The notes under the pieces are model-generated. The model ran no database searches and was not told the origin of the DNA. It saw only the letters and a list, made by a program, of their open reading frames with translations. Source: a virus (Duplodnaviria; Caudoviricetes). Taken from it: 40,538 nucleotides of DNA. Positions 9,137 to 18,464 of the stretch are shown here, piece after piece (the first letter of the stretch is position 1; each line of letters opens with the position of its first letter). A program made the translations under genes and the position numbers. The stretch spans positions 1-40,538 of the IMG/VR virus record IMGVR_UViG_3300048043_000009. The stretch is one strand, 5' to 3'.

Positions 9137-9754
9137 ATGATCATTTTTGACTTAGATGGAACTTTAGCTAATTGTGATCATCGCAGACATTTTGTCGATG
9201 CATCTTATAGAACTGATTGCTATTACCATTTTCCTGCTACTCTCTCTCAAAGCGAGGGATGGTTTTACAAGGATCGTATTTTAATGTGCGAACCACCAAA
9301 AGCAATAAAATTTATCCCTGACTGGAAAGCATTCAACGAGGCGTGCGATAAAGATGAGCCCATCCAACCCGTAATGGATATGTTTTGTCGATTGCTGGCG
9401 GAACAGCAACAGGATATAGAGGTGTGGTCTGGAAGGTGCCAATCTGTAGAAGATAAGACAGTAAATTGGTTGAGATATCATTTAGATGATTATTTTGGTA
9501 GAGATGCTTATATTAAATGGAAATACAATATAAAGATGCGTCCCATAGGCGATTCAACTCCAGACGATCAACTTAAAGAGCGTTGGTTAAACGAACGATG
9601 TTCAGATCTTATTGAAGCTATAATAAATGATCTTCCTCATGCAGTGAAACATGATGTCGAATTTGTATTTGATGATCGCCCGAAAGTGATCCGCATGTGG
9701 AGACGTAGAGGTATATTTGTGTTCAACTGTTGTAAGCATGATAGAGAGTTTTAA
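9137..9754 (+). CDS. HAD phosphatase, polynucleotide kinase 3'-phosphatase-like (no kinase domain)
   Basis: FDLDGTLA, WSGR, MRPIGD, FDDRPKV motifs as in the T4 Pnkp phosphatase module. Confidence 0.88.
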   Translation: MIIFDLDGTLANCDHRRHFVDASYRTDCYYHFPATLSQSEGWFYKDRILMCEPPKAIKFIPDWKAFNEACDKDEPIQPVMDMFCRLLAEQQQDIEVWSGRCQSVEDKTVNWLRYHLDDYFGRDAYIKWKYNIKMRPIGDSTPDDQLKERWLNERCSDLIEAIINDLPHAVKHDVEFVFDDRPKVIRMWRRRGIFVFNCCKHDREF

Positions 9755-9755
9755 C

Positions 9756-9923
9756 ATGAAATCGGAAGAAAAATGTGTTTTAGTTCTAGAAGAAATTATA
9801 AAATTACTAGAAAAGCTTTCACCCCAAGAAAGACTGTGGATATTAGAGATTCATGTTCCGCAATATATTTGTTTAACTTGCGGAGATAATATTACTGATT
9901 GCCAGCATGATGAGGAATTTTAA
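9756..9923 (+). CDS. Small Zn-finger-like hypothetical
   Basis: MKSEEK start, CLTC...CQH. Confidence 0.6.
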   Translation: MKSEEKCVLVLEEIIKLLEKLSPQERLWILEIHVPQYICLTCGDNITDCQHDEEF

Positions 9924-9925
9924 TT

Positions 9926-10183
9926 ATGGATTGCCCAGATTGCGGATATGGTCTTTATTGCAGTGACTGCTGGAATGCAATGCAAGTATGTTTTCCCTCA
10001 AAAAATGAAATTTACACCGGACTAGGCATAACCATAACTGAAAATGAGTGTGAGTTAAGTGTGGATAAGGAATGGATCAAGAGTTTGCTTATGGAATTTA
10101 ATTCACATCAATTTCCTATAACGATTGGAATGGGTAAAATTGATAATTTTCTTGAAAAATCAAAAATATGGAATGAAAAATGA
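9926..10183 (+). CDS. Zn-finger-like hypothetical
   Basis: CPDC...CSDC; GAGGA RBS. Confidence 0.65.
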   Translation: MDCPDCGYGLYCSDCWNAMQVCFPSKNEIYTGLGITITENECELSVDKEWIKSLLMEFNSHQFPITIGMGKIDNFLEKSKIWNEK

Positions 10184-10431
10184 AAACTTTAGACGAGTGC
10201 GCAAAATTTTCGCATATTTTAACGATAGAAATATCAAAAATCATAGAAAAAATGACAAAGGAAAGTTTTGAAAGTAAAGAAATTTCAAAACTTGAGTTGT
10301 CAGCCCTAATGTATGGTGTTTTCTATCCAGTTATAGCATGTGCAGTCGCAGGTGGAATAGGAAAAAAGGAGTTGGGTATGATATGTGAACAAATAATTAA
10401 GACATCTTATCCTAAAGATAGCCAGGAATAA
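10180..10431 (+). CDS. Hypothetical protein
   Basis: ATGA overlap with upstream gene. Confidence 0.65.
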   Translation: MKTLDECAKFSHILTIEISKIIEKMTKESFESKEISKLELSALMYGVFYPVIACAVAGGIGKKELGMICEQIIKTSYPKDSQE

Positions 10432-10442
10432 ACCCTGGCTTT
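10420..10442 (+). terminator. Hairpin ending the plus-strand operon
   Basis: AGCCAGG-N7-CCTGGCT in a convergent region. Confidence 0.5.
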
Positions 10443-10644
10443 GCGCTAAGGGCTAAAACATGTTAAAACTACGGCAGCACAACATAGCTATCATCAGTCG
10501 GCATATTCAAAAATCCAAGGCCAACACCAAGAACCACGGAAGTAAATTTAACTACTCCCATTGTTCTTTCGATAATCCCATCATTCTTTTCTATTTTTTC
10601 TTTAACTTCCCTGACGAATTCCAAGTTATACGTCAAGGTATTTT

Positions 10645-12684
10645 CTAACTACCCCCTACGCGCTTGGCAGCAGATTCCGATTTAACTTCATCTTCTTGCA
10701 TTAACTCTTTCTGCTTCAATTGCATATCCAATACGCTATGTATAAGGCCATGAAGGTGATTAGTCTGCATAGATTCGACCTCCTTGAGGGCACGAGCGTT
10801 ATCCAAAGCACCAGATGCCATATCATGTATAGCCTTGCCTTCATGCCATTTTGCAAGAGACATATCTGCAACTGCTCGAGTTTTCTTCTCATAAGCTGAC
10901 GCCATCTCATTTTCTGCTCTAGCGGTTTGCATTTGAGCTTCCGCCTGCATTTTCTGCATCTCAGATTGCATTTGCATTTGCTGCATTTGACCTTGTTGTT
11001 GCTGCATCTTATCCATTTCTTCGATAATGGTTTTCTTATCTTGTAAGTTAGATCTTTCCACGATGTAACGATTGGAAATGGGAACACCCATCTGTTTGAT
11101 TTGTAGGGCTTGTAAGAATTGGAATTGACGCTGTGTAGAAGTAAGCTCACCTTCGTCTACAACACAGTTAAATTTACTAAATAATGTATCAAAGAAACGA
11201 TCAGTAGGCTTTTTGCCAATGATACGAGCAACATGACCTTCACTCCAGTTGTTGACTATTAGATCATCCATTATAGTCGAAACAGCCATTTGAGACACGT
11301 TTAACTTGTCAAAGACACCACGAAGTCCTGTTAGGCCTTGTCCCATTTTGATTTTCATCAAGATGGAAGTCATTTCTTTAGATTTTATGTCATTTCCGAA
11401 TAGTTCTTCAGGACCGACAATGTCCATGATCTCTTTTTCGATATTGGCAATCAATTCTTCCCAACCAGGAGCAACCATAGGAGGATTAATAGGCACTACA
11501 TCAGTCGCTAGATTGGCGTTCTGCTTGAAGTATAGGATTTTACCAGGGCCTTGAAAGAAAGCGTCTTCTGGGTTAACTAATGCATCTTCCTTGACCATTA
11601 GCCCGCTCTGGATCTGAGCATCTAGGATGTCTAGTTGCCTATTACGTCTTCTATTAAGTTCTATTTGAGACGATCTGATATTTCTGGGGATACCCATATA
11701 GCGGTACGCGTAGTTTTGAACCTCTGGAAAATGGTAACACATGAATGGGACAAAAGGAAATTTGTCTAGCCCGTAGGGGCGTTTTTCTTCATACATGTGA
11801 TTGTTATTTACGAGAACATGGAGTTTGACTGAAGGCTTTTGAGCGGTAATAAGTTCAAGATTTGGATTATATCTAGCTAACATCTTGAATTGTTCAGCAT
11901 TGCCTTTCCACTCAACAACTTCGCCTGTGAATTTATCTAGAATCTTTCGGACTTTACGCCAATCGCGCACCCAATATTCATCATAGGCATACATTTCTAT
12001 ATTATATTGCGTCCAGTTTTCGGGCATAAACTGGAATTTACCATCCTTGGAGACATATCCCTTGCCTAAATAGGGAAGATCTTTCTTTAGATCAGGGAAT
12101 AGGGCTAGAAGTTGTCGTCTATTGACATACTTGCGAGTCCATATACGGGTGCAATCGGATAAGTCCTGTTGGGTCCAATAATTGTCCATAACGAACGACG
12201 AATACGGAAGGCGTGTTGTGCGTATGGCAGGATTTTCGGGATCTTCACGCGGATCAAGCCAAATAGACATAAGCTCCAGACCAGAAGTGATACCACCTTC
12301 AAAGCAATCTGAGATCTTTTCATAAGTTCCATCTTGTCTTTTTGCCCAACTAAGAGCAGTTGTGCGTTGTTGCGCTGTTTCTCCCATATCAGGATCATTA
12401 TCAGCTGCTTCCAAGGTTGAAGCAAGTCGATGATCCCTTTGGAAACCGGAGATCATATTACGCACACGAAGGATTTTATTGAACTGAAGTTGCTGTTGCT
12501 GCCTGTAGAAGTTGTTAGACCACATGTAGTTAGCTGCTTGCTGATCACCTGCGGTCATGCGTGTGTCAATATCAGCTTCTACCCAAAACTGTTGAACCAG
12601 AGACTGGGTTTCTCTCCAAAAATCATCAAGTTCCTGTGCAATAGGATTAGCTGCTGGCCATGTAGACGTCATGTGTTGCCTCAT
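10645..12684 (-). CDS. Portal protein (P22-like)
   Basis: LQFNKILRVRNMISG, KFPFVPF, GIPRNIRSSQIELNRRR; Q/M-rich C-terminal helical barrel; downstream of TerL. Confidence 0.88.
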   Translation of the reverse strand: MRQHMTSTWPAANPIAQELDDFWRETQSLVQQFWVEADIDTRMTAGDQQAANYMWSNNFYRQQQQLQFNKILRVRNMISGFQRDHRLASTLEAADNDPDMGETAQQRTTALSWAKRQDGTYEKISDCFEGGITSGLELMSIWLDPREDPENPAIRTTRLPYSSFVMDNYWTQQDLSDCTRIWTRKYVNRRQLLALFPDLKKDLPYLGKGYVSKDGKFQFMPENWTQYNIEMYAYDEYWVRDWRKVRKILDKFTGEVVEWKGNAEQFKMLARYNPNLELITAQKPSVKLHVLVNNNHMYEEKRPYGLDKFPFVPFMCYHFPEVQNYAYRYMGIPRNIRSSQIELNRRRNRQLDILDAQIQSGLMVKEDALVNPEDAFFQGPGKILYFKQNANLATDVVPINPPMVAPGWEELIANIEKEIMDIVGPEELFGNDIKSKEMTSILMKIKMGQGLTGLRGVFDKLNVSQMAVSTIMDDLIVNNWSEGHVARIIGKKPTDRFFDTLFSKFNCVVDEGELTSTQRQFQFLQALQIKQMGVPISNRYIVERSNLQDKKTIIEEMDKMQQQQGQMQQMQMQSEMQKMQAEAQMQTARAENEMASAYEKKTRAVADMSLAKWHEGKAIHDMASGALDNARALKEVESMQTNHLHGLIHSVLDMQLKQKELMQEDEVKSESAAKRVGGS

Positions 12685-12700
12685 TAAAATATTTATTTAC

Positions 12701-12729
12701 ACTGTAAACATTATTTTAATTGAGTGCAA
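12701..12729 (-). promoter_or_regulatory. Sigma70-type promoter for portal
   Basis: TTGCAC-N17-TACAGT on minus strand. Confidence 0.5.
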
Positions 12730-12744
12730 TGAGGGAACCATCAA

Positions 12745-12960
12745 TTACTTTTTTGCTGCCTTACGCTTTGCGTTTTCTGCAATCTTCGCCCTTTTTTTAG
12801 AAAATGCTTCATCAAGCCTAGCTTCCATCTGATTATCTTTACGATTCGCTCCCTTCGTGTCTTTCGCACGAGCTTTAGCACCAAGTCCTTCGTTATGTGC
12901 AAGCGTACTGAATGTTTCCTCACGTTTAGCTACCTTTAGTAAGTTTTTCTTGTCTCTCAT
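12745..12960 (-). CDS. Small K/R/A-rich basic protein
   Basis: Very basic 71 aa upstream of portal. Confidence 0.7.
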   Translation of the reverse strand: MRDKKNLLKVAKREETFSTLAHNEGLGAKARAKDTKGANRKDNQMEARLDEAFSKKRAKIAENAKRKAAKK

Positions 12961-13202
12961 TTTTTAACCTTATTCATTTGATTTCCACAGTCAAGACAAA
13001 TTCTTGTTTCATAATCTTGCCAACAAGCGATGCGTCTATCACAGATTTCGCATTCGAAAAGAACTTTTTGTGATCGATCGCCCGAAATACTTACGTCTAG
13101 GAATGTCTTAGCTGTTTGACCTACACAAAAGTCATTATGTCTGCTGCCGTAAGTCTCTAATCTCATCTTGCTCATTGACACCTTCACTTTGTTCAGATAC
13201 AC
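12957..13202 (-). CDS. Zn-ribbon hypothetical (start uncertain)
   Basis: CEIC...CLDC. Confidence 0.55.
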   Translation of the reverse strand: MYLNKVKVSMSKMRLETYGSRHNDFCVGQTAKTFLDVSISGDRSQKVLFECEICDRRIACWQDYETRICLDCGNQMNKVKK

Positions 13203-13265
13203 TCAGATTGTCTAAAGTTTTCATAACTCTGCCTTCCCCTCTTTGCTCGCGTTAGGAGGGGTTTT

Positions 13266-13469
13266 TTAACATCCCTTCTTCTTCATCTTCTTATATTCTT
13301 TAATCTCTGGATCACGCACTTCGCGGTCTATCTTTACAAGTTTTTCATTAGCTTTCTCAGCACCTTTGAGTTCACGTACAGCTAAACCTTTCTTTCCTTT
13401 CTGGATAGCGCCCTGTGCGGTCTGCATGCGTTTAGTCACTTTGTGCATCTTTTTATCCACCGGATTCAC
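13266..13469 (-). CDS. Small Lys-rich basic protein
   Basis: 67 aa, K-rich. Confidence 0.65.
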   Translation of the reverse strand: MNPVDKKMHKVTKRMQTAQGAIQKGKKGLAVRELKGAEKANEKLVKIDREVRDPEIKEYKKMKKKGC

Positions 13470-13647
13470 CTATATTGTAATTATCATAAAAATGAATATT
13501 AGCATTTATCGTTTTTATCATGCCATGCTCATTGGGATCATGCCCAGATTCCATGAAAGGATATTGCCAGACATGGATAAAGTTAGGAAGAGCATAGATG
13601 TCTTCTCTATCCTCAAGATTAAAACGAACGATAACTCTTTTTTTCAT
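13453..13647 (-). CDS. Hypothetical protein
   Basis: Coupled to neighbours. Confidence 0.6.
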   Translation of the reverse strand: MKKRVIVRFNLEDREDIYALPNFIHVWQYPFMESGHDPNEHGMIKTINANIHFYDNYNIGESGG

Positions 13648-13835
13648 TACTTTAATCCTTGTAAATTTAGGTTTACGTCTAAAAATACCAATTCTTGTCT
13701 AAGTCCGGCCTGCTCCAAAAAATTACAGAAGTCTTCATCCATATCTCTTCCTATTTTTTGACTATATGAGACTCTTTGACACAGTTTTTTCAATGAATCA
13801 TACTCGATCATTATCATTTTAGCTTTAACTTCCAT
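13647..13835 (-). CDS. Hypothetical protein
   Basis: AAGGAG RBS. Confidence 0.65.
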   Translation of the reverse strand: MEVKAKMIMIEYDSLKKLCQRVSYSQKIGRDMDEDFCNFLEQAGLRQELVFLDVNLNLQGLK

Positions 13836-13849
13836 GACACTCCTTCAAT

Positions 13850-13880
13850 AAAAAAGCCTCAAAGTTTTACCCTTGAGGCT
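13850..13880 (-). terminator. Intrinsic terminator after the TerL block
   Basis: Minus strand AGCCTCAA-N10-TTGAGGCT followed by T-run. Confidence 0.65.
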
Positions 13881-14049
13881 CAATAGAAATTTTACAAAAA
13901 CTAGGAAAATCAAATAGCGAAAGCCAACTCGGAGGAAGGCGATGATCCGTTAAGGAGATCGTTAGTAACCATACACAAGATTGCTCATCTCGTCAAGATA
14001 ACCATAAAGTTTTTTACCAAGCCATTTGCGGTAGTTCCTAATACGACAA

Positions 14050-14235
14050 TCACAAAAGTATTTCCCTTCGTAATGGGCTTCTTCCCCACTTCGTTTCTTC
14101 TGTCTCAACTTCTTCTTGGAGATCTGCTTCATTATAGTATCCATCATTCTCCATGCACCACCTACATATGTCAATGCAAGTATGTTCAGATTCCTTAAAT
14201 TTCTTATCACACATGTAGCATATTCTAATATCCAT
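14050..14235 (-). CDS. Zn-finger-like hypothetical
   Basis: CYMC...CIDICRWC, overlaps the TerL end. Confidence 0.55.
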   Translation of the reverse strand: MDIRICYMCDKKFKESEHTCIDICRWCMENDGYYNEADLQEEVETEETKWGRSPLRREILL

Positions 14236-15541
14236 AAGCTTTACGTCTCATTTCGTCAATCTTATCTTTAGTCAAAGAACCAACTCCTTTACCATAAAGT
14301 TTCAATGCCATAGCTAGATATCTAGTCGCATCTGCCGCATGGGATGACCAGTCATGCTGGGGAGTATCGCTATATATCTGCATCTTGTCATTGAATTTCT
14401 TGTGATAACTCTGGAGACATTGAATCAGAACTTTGCATTTGTCTTTATCTATATAGCAATGTGACAGCATCGAGCGTGTCTCTTCAATACCTACATCAAA
14501 GTCCTCTCTAGGAAGAGCAATGCCCTTCAGGCCAAGTTCCCATAGTTTATTGATCCCAGTCATTCCAGTCTGGAAGTGACCAGCGGCAGCGTCATGTGGC
14601 AAGAAATGCTGCCCATAGGCAAAGCCCTTGCTTTGGATCACGCGAACATAGTGGGCCAAGCCTTCACCTTGAGACTCATAGTAGTCGATTATCCTGACTT
14701 CAGTTCCAATGACCTGATACCAGATGATTGAAGTACTGTCTCCGAATCCACAGTCCCATGCCGTATTAACCAAAGCACATGGATCGTAGCCCACTCGGCA
14801 TATCCTACCTTCATCATCCATTTTACCCATAATACGCGCATAGTAGGCACCTTCTGTACCACGAGCAAATGAACAGTAATATTCTTGCTGGATGATCTCT
14901 TCCGATCTTCCTTCAGCTCTTTCTTGATCTATCTGTTCTTGTGTTATTAAACCAGTATCCTCGATAGTCAATTTCTGTCTGAACCAAGTCTTAGAGTCTC
15001 GCATATCATCCCAAAGTTTCCATGCATGATTCTTGCCCATAGGGGTAGTATTGAACACTGCCCAGCCACCATTCTTCAACAGAATAGGAGATAAGATCTC
15101 AGACCAGATACGTGGATCTTGCATAGCGTATTCAGATAGAACGACTCCCTTGGGGTTAGTGCCTCGTATCGCATCGGGATTGTCAGAACCTACAATCTGG
15201 ATGAGCGATCCATTTTTCAATCTAATCTTCATCTCAGAGCTGTTAGGTTGACCTTCAATGAATTGCTTAGGAACATAGTCCAAGAAACGCTTACCACTTT
15301 CATCCATACCGTCCCAGATAACCTTTCTACCTTGATTGTATGTAGGTAGAATATAGTAATAAATTCCTGGAACATCCCTACAGGCTGCATAAATGGTCAG
15401 CATCCAACAGCTATAGTCTTTCCCTGCTCGACGATGGTAAAGAAGGAATGCTCGCCTATATCCAGAAAACATGGCTTTCTCAAACTCAATCTGATACCAA
15501 CGTGGCTTGTAGTCATCTAGGATTTCTATTTCATTGAGCAT
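14225..15541 (-). CDS. terL: Terminase large subunit
   Basis: HRRAGKD Walker A, VVLSEYA Walker B, TTPMGKNH, WDCGFGDST, HAADATRY; start moved to 15541 (GGAGG RBS). Confidence 0.95.
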   Translation of the reverse strand: MLNEIEILDDYKPRWYQIEFEKAMFSGYRRAFLLYHRRAGKDYSCWMLTIYAACRDVPGIYYYILPTYNQGRKVIWDGMDESGKRFLDYVPKQFIEGQPNSSEMKIRLKNGSLIQIVGSDNPDAIRGTNPKGVVLSEYAMQDPRIWSEILSPILLKNGGWAVFNTTPMGKNHAWKLWDDMRDSKTWFRQKLTIEDTGLITQEQIDQERAEGRSEEIIQQEYYCSFARGTEGAYYARIMGKMDDEGRICRVGYDPCALVNTAWDCGFGDSTSIIWYQVIGTEVRIIDYYESQGEGLAHYVRVIQSKGFAYGQHFLPHDAAAGHFQTGMTGINKLWELGLKGIALPREDFDVGIEETRSMLSHCYIDKDKCKVLIQCLQSYHKKFNDKMQIYSDTPQHDWSSHAADATRYLAMALKLYGKGVGSLTKDKIDEMRRKAYGY

Positions 15542-15816
15542 ATCTTCCTCCACTTTGTTACTCCTATCACATGCCCTTGATGCCCACCAAGATCCCATAC
15601 CTCAAGTGTTGATATTTTATCTAAAACGCTTTCCTCTATATCTTCAGGAAATTCCTTCTTCAATCTATATGAAGATATCTCGAATTTGAAGGTGACTTCA
15701 TGCCATTCTGCAATTTCATCCATGTCTTCTTTACAACAATATGTCTTATGTCCAAAACATAGGCATCTCTGATTGTTATCTGGTAAACTTATTAATACAC
15801 TACGCTCTTCACTCAT
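15526..15816 (-). CDS. DUF551-like hypothetical
   Basis: GGAG RBS; ends GVTKW. Confidence 0.6.
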   Translation of the reverse strand: MSEERSVLISLPDNNQRCLCFGHKTYCCKEDMDEIAEWHEVTFKFEISSYRLKKEFPEDIEESVLDKISTLEVWDLGGHQGHVIGVTKWRKICSMK

Positions 15817-15854
15817 ACGTCACTCCGGTTATATTTTCTTAGAAAATCCAACAT

Positions 15855-16058
15855 CTAATCTTCCACTTCAGGTGGTTTTGGTTTTGGCATCCAATGTGTC
15901 ACCATTGTATCTTCCTCCCAGAAGTCAGACGTCATTTCAAATGTATTATCCTCAAAACAATATCTTCCCATAGCTATTAATTTTGGATTGTATACGTCTA
16001 CGCAAATTACAATCTCACCATTTTCTGGACATTCATCCTCTATCTTTATCCATTTCAC
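15855..16058 (-). CDS. DUF551 family protein
   Basis: MKWIKIEDECP...VTHWMPKPKPP. Confidence 0.8.
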   Translation of the reverse strand: MKWIKIEDECPENGEIVICVDVYNPKLIAMGRYCFEDNTFEMTSDFWEEDTMVTHWMPKPKPPEVED

Positions 16059-16191
16059 TTTCTTTTCTCCTAGGGTTAATCATTTTCCACTTGACAGATC
16101 ATCAAAAACTTGACAGCATCGAAGATGCGTATAATTACACAACGTGTGGAGCATCGATGATAGAAAATCCCTTCCTTCACAACTGCGTTGC

Positions 16192-16395
16192 TCAGTCTGT
16201 GATTTTCTTTTTTTTCTCGTTTTTTATTCTTTTGGTAGTTTGTTCATCCCGAGTGGTGACGCAGGAACGAGGGATGTAAACCCTAACATCTGAGTCTTCT
16301 ATAATACTCTCTAAAAACATTAGCTTTTTTTCCAAGGCAGCTAGCTTAACTTCAAGATCAAAAACTCTGTCAAATAAACAATCTTCTTCGCTCAT
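16192..16395 (-). CDS. Hypothetical protein
   Basis: AGGA RBS, coiled-coil-like. Confidence 0.55.
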   Translation of the reverse strand: MSEEDCLFDRVFDLEVKLAALEKKLMFLESIIEDSDVRVYIPRSCVTTRDEQTTKRIKNEKKKKITD

Positions 16396-16399
16396 CGTA

Positions 16400-17040
16400 T
16401 TCCTATAAATGTTAGGTACTTAGATTAATTCTTTCGATTAAAGCACTATGTCGGACACTTTGCATAAAAGTAACCTATAGTCACTTTTTCGTAGAAAAGT
16501 TTTGTACCTCCCCTAATCACTTATTCTCATCCAGCCAGAAGGGGTCGGCCACCCCGTCGACTTTGCCTATTAGGGCAGGCGAGGCGCCTTGCTACGCTGC
16601 GCTGCTGCGCTGTGCCCCATCAATGCTAGTGCAATGCAATGCTAAGCTTGGAGTAGCCAAGCGTCACACTCACACTGATAGCATGCCACACTAGGCGTGT
16701 AACACACACAGCTTACGCGTAGCGAGTTAGCATGCTACATCATATGTTAGTACAGCTATGCTAAGCTAGCACGCTACAGCCAAGCTAATGCAATCATCGC
16801 TACGCTCTGGTTACCTATCAAGCTGGCAAGTAATGGGTAGCCCCCCCTCCCCTATCGGGTCAAAGGAGAGTGAAGTATGCAATCTCTCTCACCTAAACCT
16901 AACCTATCTAATCCAAGTTAACTGGCATTGCATATTGATTGAGCTATGATAAGAGCTAGCAACATGACTAAGATAGTTAGAGACACTAGCATAGTGCATA
17001 GCCAAAACTCAGACATACTAGCGATCAAATCGTTAAGCTT
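16400..17040. other. Long non-coding block; candidate packaging (pac) or genome-end region
   Basis: No ORF of 60 aa or more; unusual composition; lies immediately downstream of terS. Confidence 0.45.
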
Positions 17041-17042
17041 TC

Positions 17043-17492
17043 TCATTCCCCTATTGCCTCTTTAGTCTTTGCTTTGATCTTACTAGCTGTTTGAATCTCT
17101 GCCCTATCAAGTGAGCCTTTATCAACTAGCACTATCTGAGTCTGAGCAACTGTAGAATCAGCTCTAATCTCAGCTTCATGCTCTTTTAGCACTTTGTCGT
17201 ATACAGCCGCATATCTACTGTAGGGAGCGCCATTGCCCTGTTTTAAAGCTAATTGCTCTCTTCTTACTCCTATCCATGTCTTAGCTTGTCTGTATGCCTT
17301 AGCAAATATCTCAGACTCTTGCGTCCAACTCATTAGCTCCTCTTGTGATATTTTGCGATCAATACACCAAGCTCTGAGTATAATGCTATCATCTTTAGAC
17401 GCCCATGTTAGCAAATCACTGGACTCTTTGAGATAGTCATTGCGAGGAGGGCGACCAGTTCGGCTGCCTGGTTTTTTCGGTTTACGTGGCAT
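17043..17492 (-). CDS. terS: Terminase small subunit
   Basis: GRPP N-terminus, HTH-like core, FAKAYRQAK motif; upstream of terL. Confidence 0.75.
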   Translation of the reverse strand: MPRKPKKPGSRTGRPPRNDYLKESSDLLTWASKDDSIILRAWCIDRKISQEELMSWTQESEIFAKAYRQAKTWIGVRREQLALKQGNGAPYSRYAAVYDKVLKEHEAEIRADSTVAQTQIVLVDKGSLDRAEIQTASKIKAKTKEAIGE

Positions 17493-17571
17493 TGTGCACC
17501 CTTATTTAAAATTATTAATGTCTAATGCTCACTGTATCCCAGAGCAACTTAAATTAAAATACCCTTTATCA

Positions 17572-17601
17572 TTGTGATAAATCATACACTTATGATATAG
17601 T
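17572..17601 (+). promoter_or_regulatory. Early promoter
   Basis: TTGTGA-N18-TATAGT with extended TG. Confidence 0.5.
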
Positions 17602-17713
17602 TATGTACATCAAAGCGATCAAGTCTCCCGATAGCCTACACAGTAGGCCGGTTGTAGCAGAGAGCTAAGACACAAAACAAACAATAAACTGAACGAAGTG
17701 AAGAGAGGCAAAT

Positions 17714-17917
17714 ATGAACAAACAATACATGATAACTTATAATGACATTCTAAATAAAGGCTACTTGCCTTCTTTGGCTACCGAATACATGACAAGTAGC
17801 TACTCAGATAGGGCATTTGCCGAAGAGAGAGCTAAAAAGCTAAATATAAAATATGAAACTGAAGGATATTCAGTTGTTAGAATCGTGGACTCAATATCAT
17901 CCTATTTGGCCTTATAA
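17714..17917 (+). CDS. Early hypothetical protein
   Basis: GAGAGG RBS. Confidence 0.7.
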   Translation: MNKQYMITYNDILNKGYLPSLATEYMTSSYSDRAFAEERAKKLNIKYETEGYSVVRIVDSISSYLAL

Positions 17918-17962
17918 CTTAAAAATAACAACTAAGCCCCGAAAGGGGCGAATGAGGGCAAT

Positions 17963-18157
17963 ATGAAATATCAAGCAATAGCACAATCGCAACTAGGGCA
18001 TACAATTGAAAAGACATTTTACTTAGCAGACTTTTGCACTACGCTTAATCTGTACTTAGAGGCCATGGAATGGCTAAAGATTCATCTTAGAGCTAATGAC
18101 TGGCGTATCGGGCAATTGCATGACGGCAAAGAATATGTAATGACAATAAGAAACTAA
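17963..18157 (+). CDS. Early hypothetical protein
   Basis: GAGGG RBS after hairpin. Confidence 0.7.
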   Translation: MKYQAIAQSQLGHTIEKTFYLADFCTTLNLYLEAMEWLKIHLRANDWRIGQLHDGKEYVMTIRN

Positions 18158-18262
18158 TAAACATAGGCCCTTCGGGGCAGAATAGGGGATTATGAGTATA
18201 GAAATAAGCGCTAATTTAGTGATCAAAGACGAAAGAGAATGGCAAAGAAGGGGAGTAGGACA

Positions 18263-18463
18263 ATGAAAGACATAAGCATATTCAAAGGGATAATCGAATT
18301 CAAGACACCCGAAGGAGAGCATTTAGAATGCTTAAACCAAGGTGCAGGTATCTGGCATATATATAAACTGCAATACAATGCCTTTATCATGGATTTAGCA
18401 TGCAAGATAAACGGGAAGGCGAGTTGCCTAAAGCTATACAATCAATACAAGAAAGGGGAATAG
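18263..18463 (+). CDS. Early hypothetical protein
   Basis: MKDISIF start with GGGGAG/AGGA upstream. Confidence 0.6.
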   Translation: MKDISIFKGIIEFKTPEGEHLECLNQGAGIWHIYKLQYNAFIMDLACKINGKASCLKLYNQYKKGE

Positions 18464-18464
18464 C

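Noticed and set aside
10460-10648. Plus-strand 62-aa ORF and a possible minus-strand TTG ORF after the portal
   Set aside because: The first lies beyond the operon hairpin and neither has a convincing RBS; cannot support either
10180-13224. 15-nt inverted match ATGAAAACTTTAGAC at 10180 (+) and 13224 (-)
   Set aside because: Single AT-rich match with no recombinase present; probably chance
15542-15598. Longer TerL N-terminus given in the ORF track
   Set aside because: Overlaps the upstream gene; the ATG at 15541 has the better RBS
16400-17040. Possible CRISPR mini-array or tandem repeat array in the non-coding block
   Set aside because: Only short GCTA/GCA-type recurrences; no constant repeat with regular spacers and no cas genes
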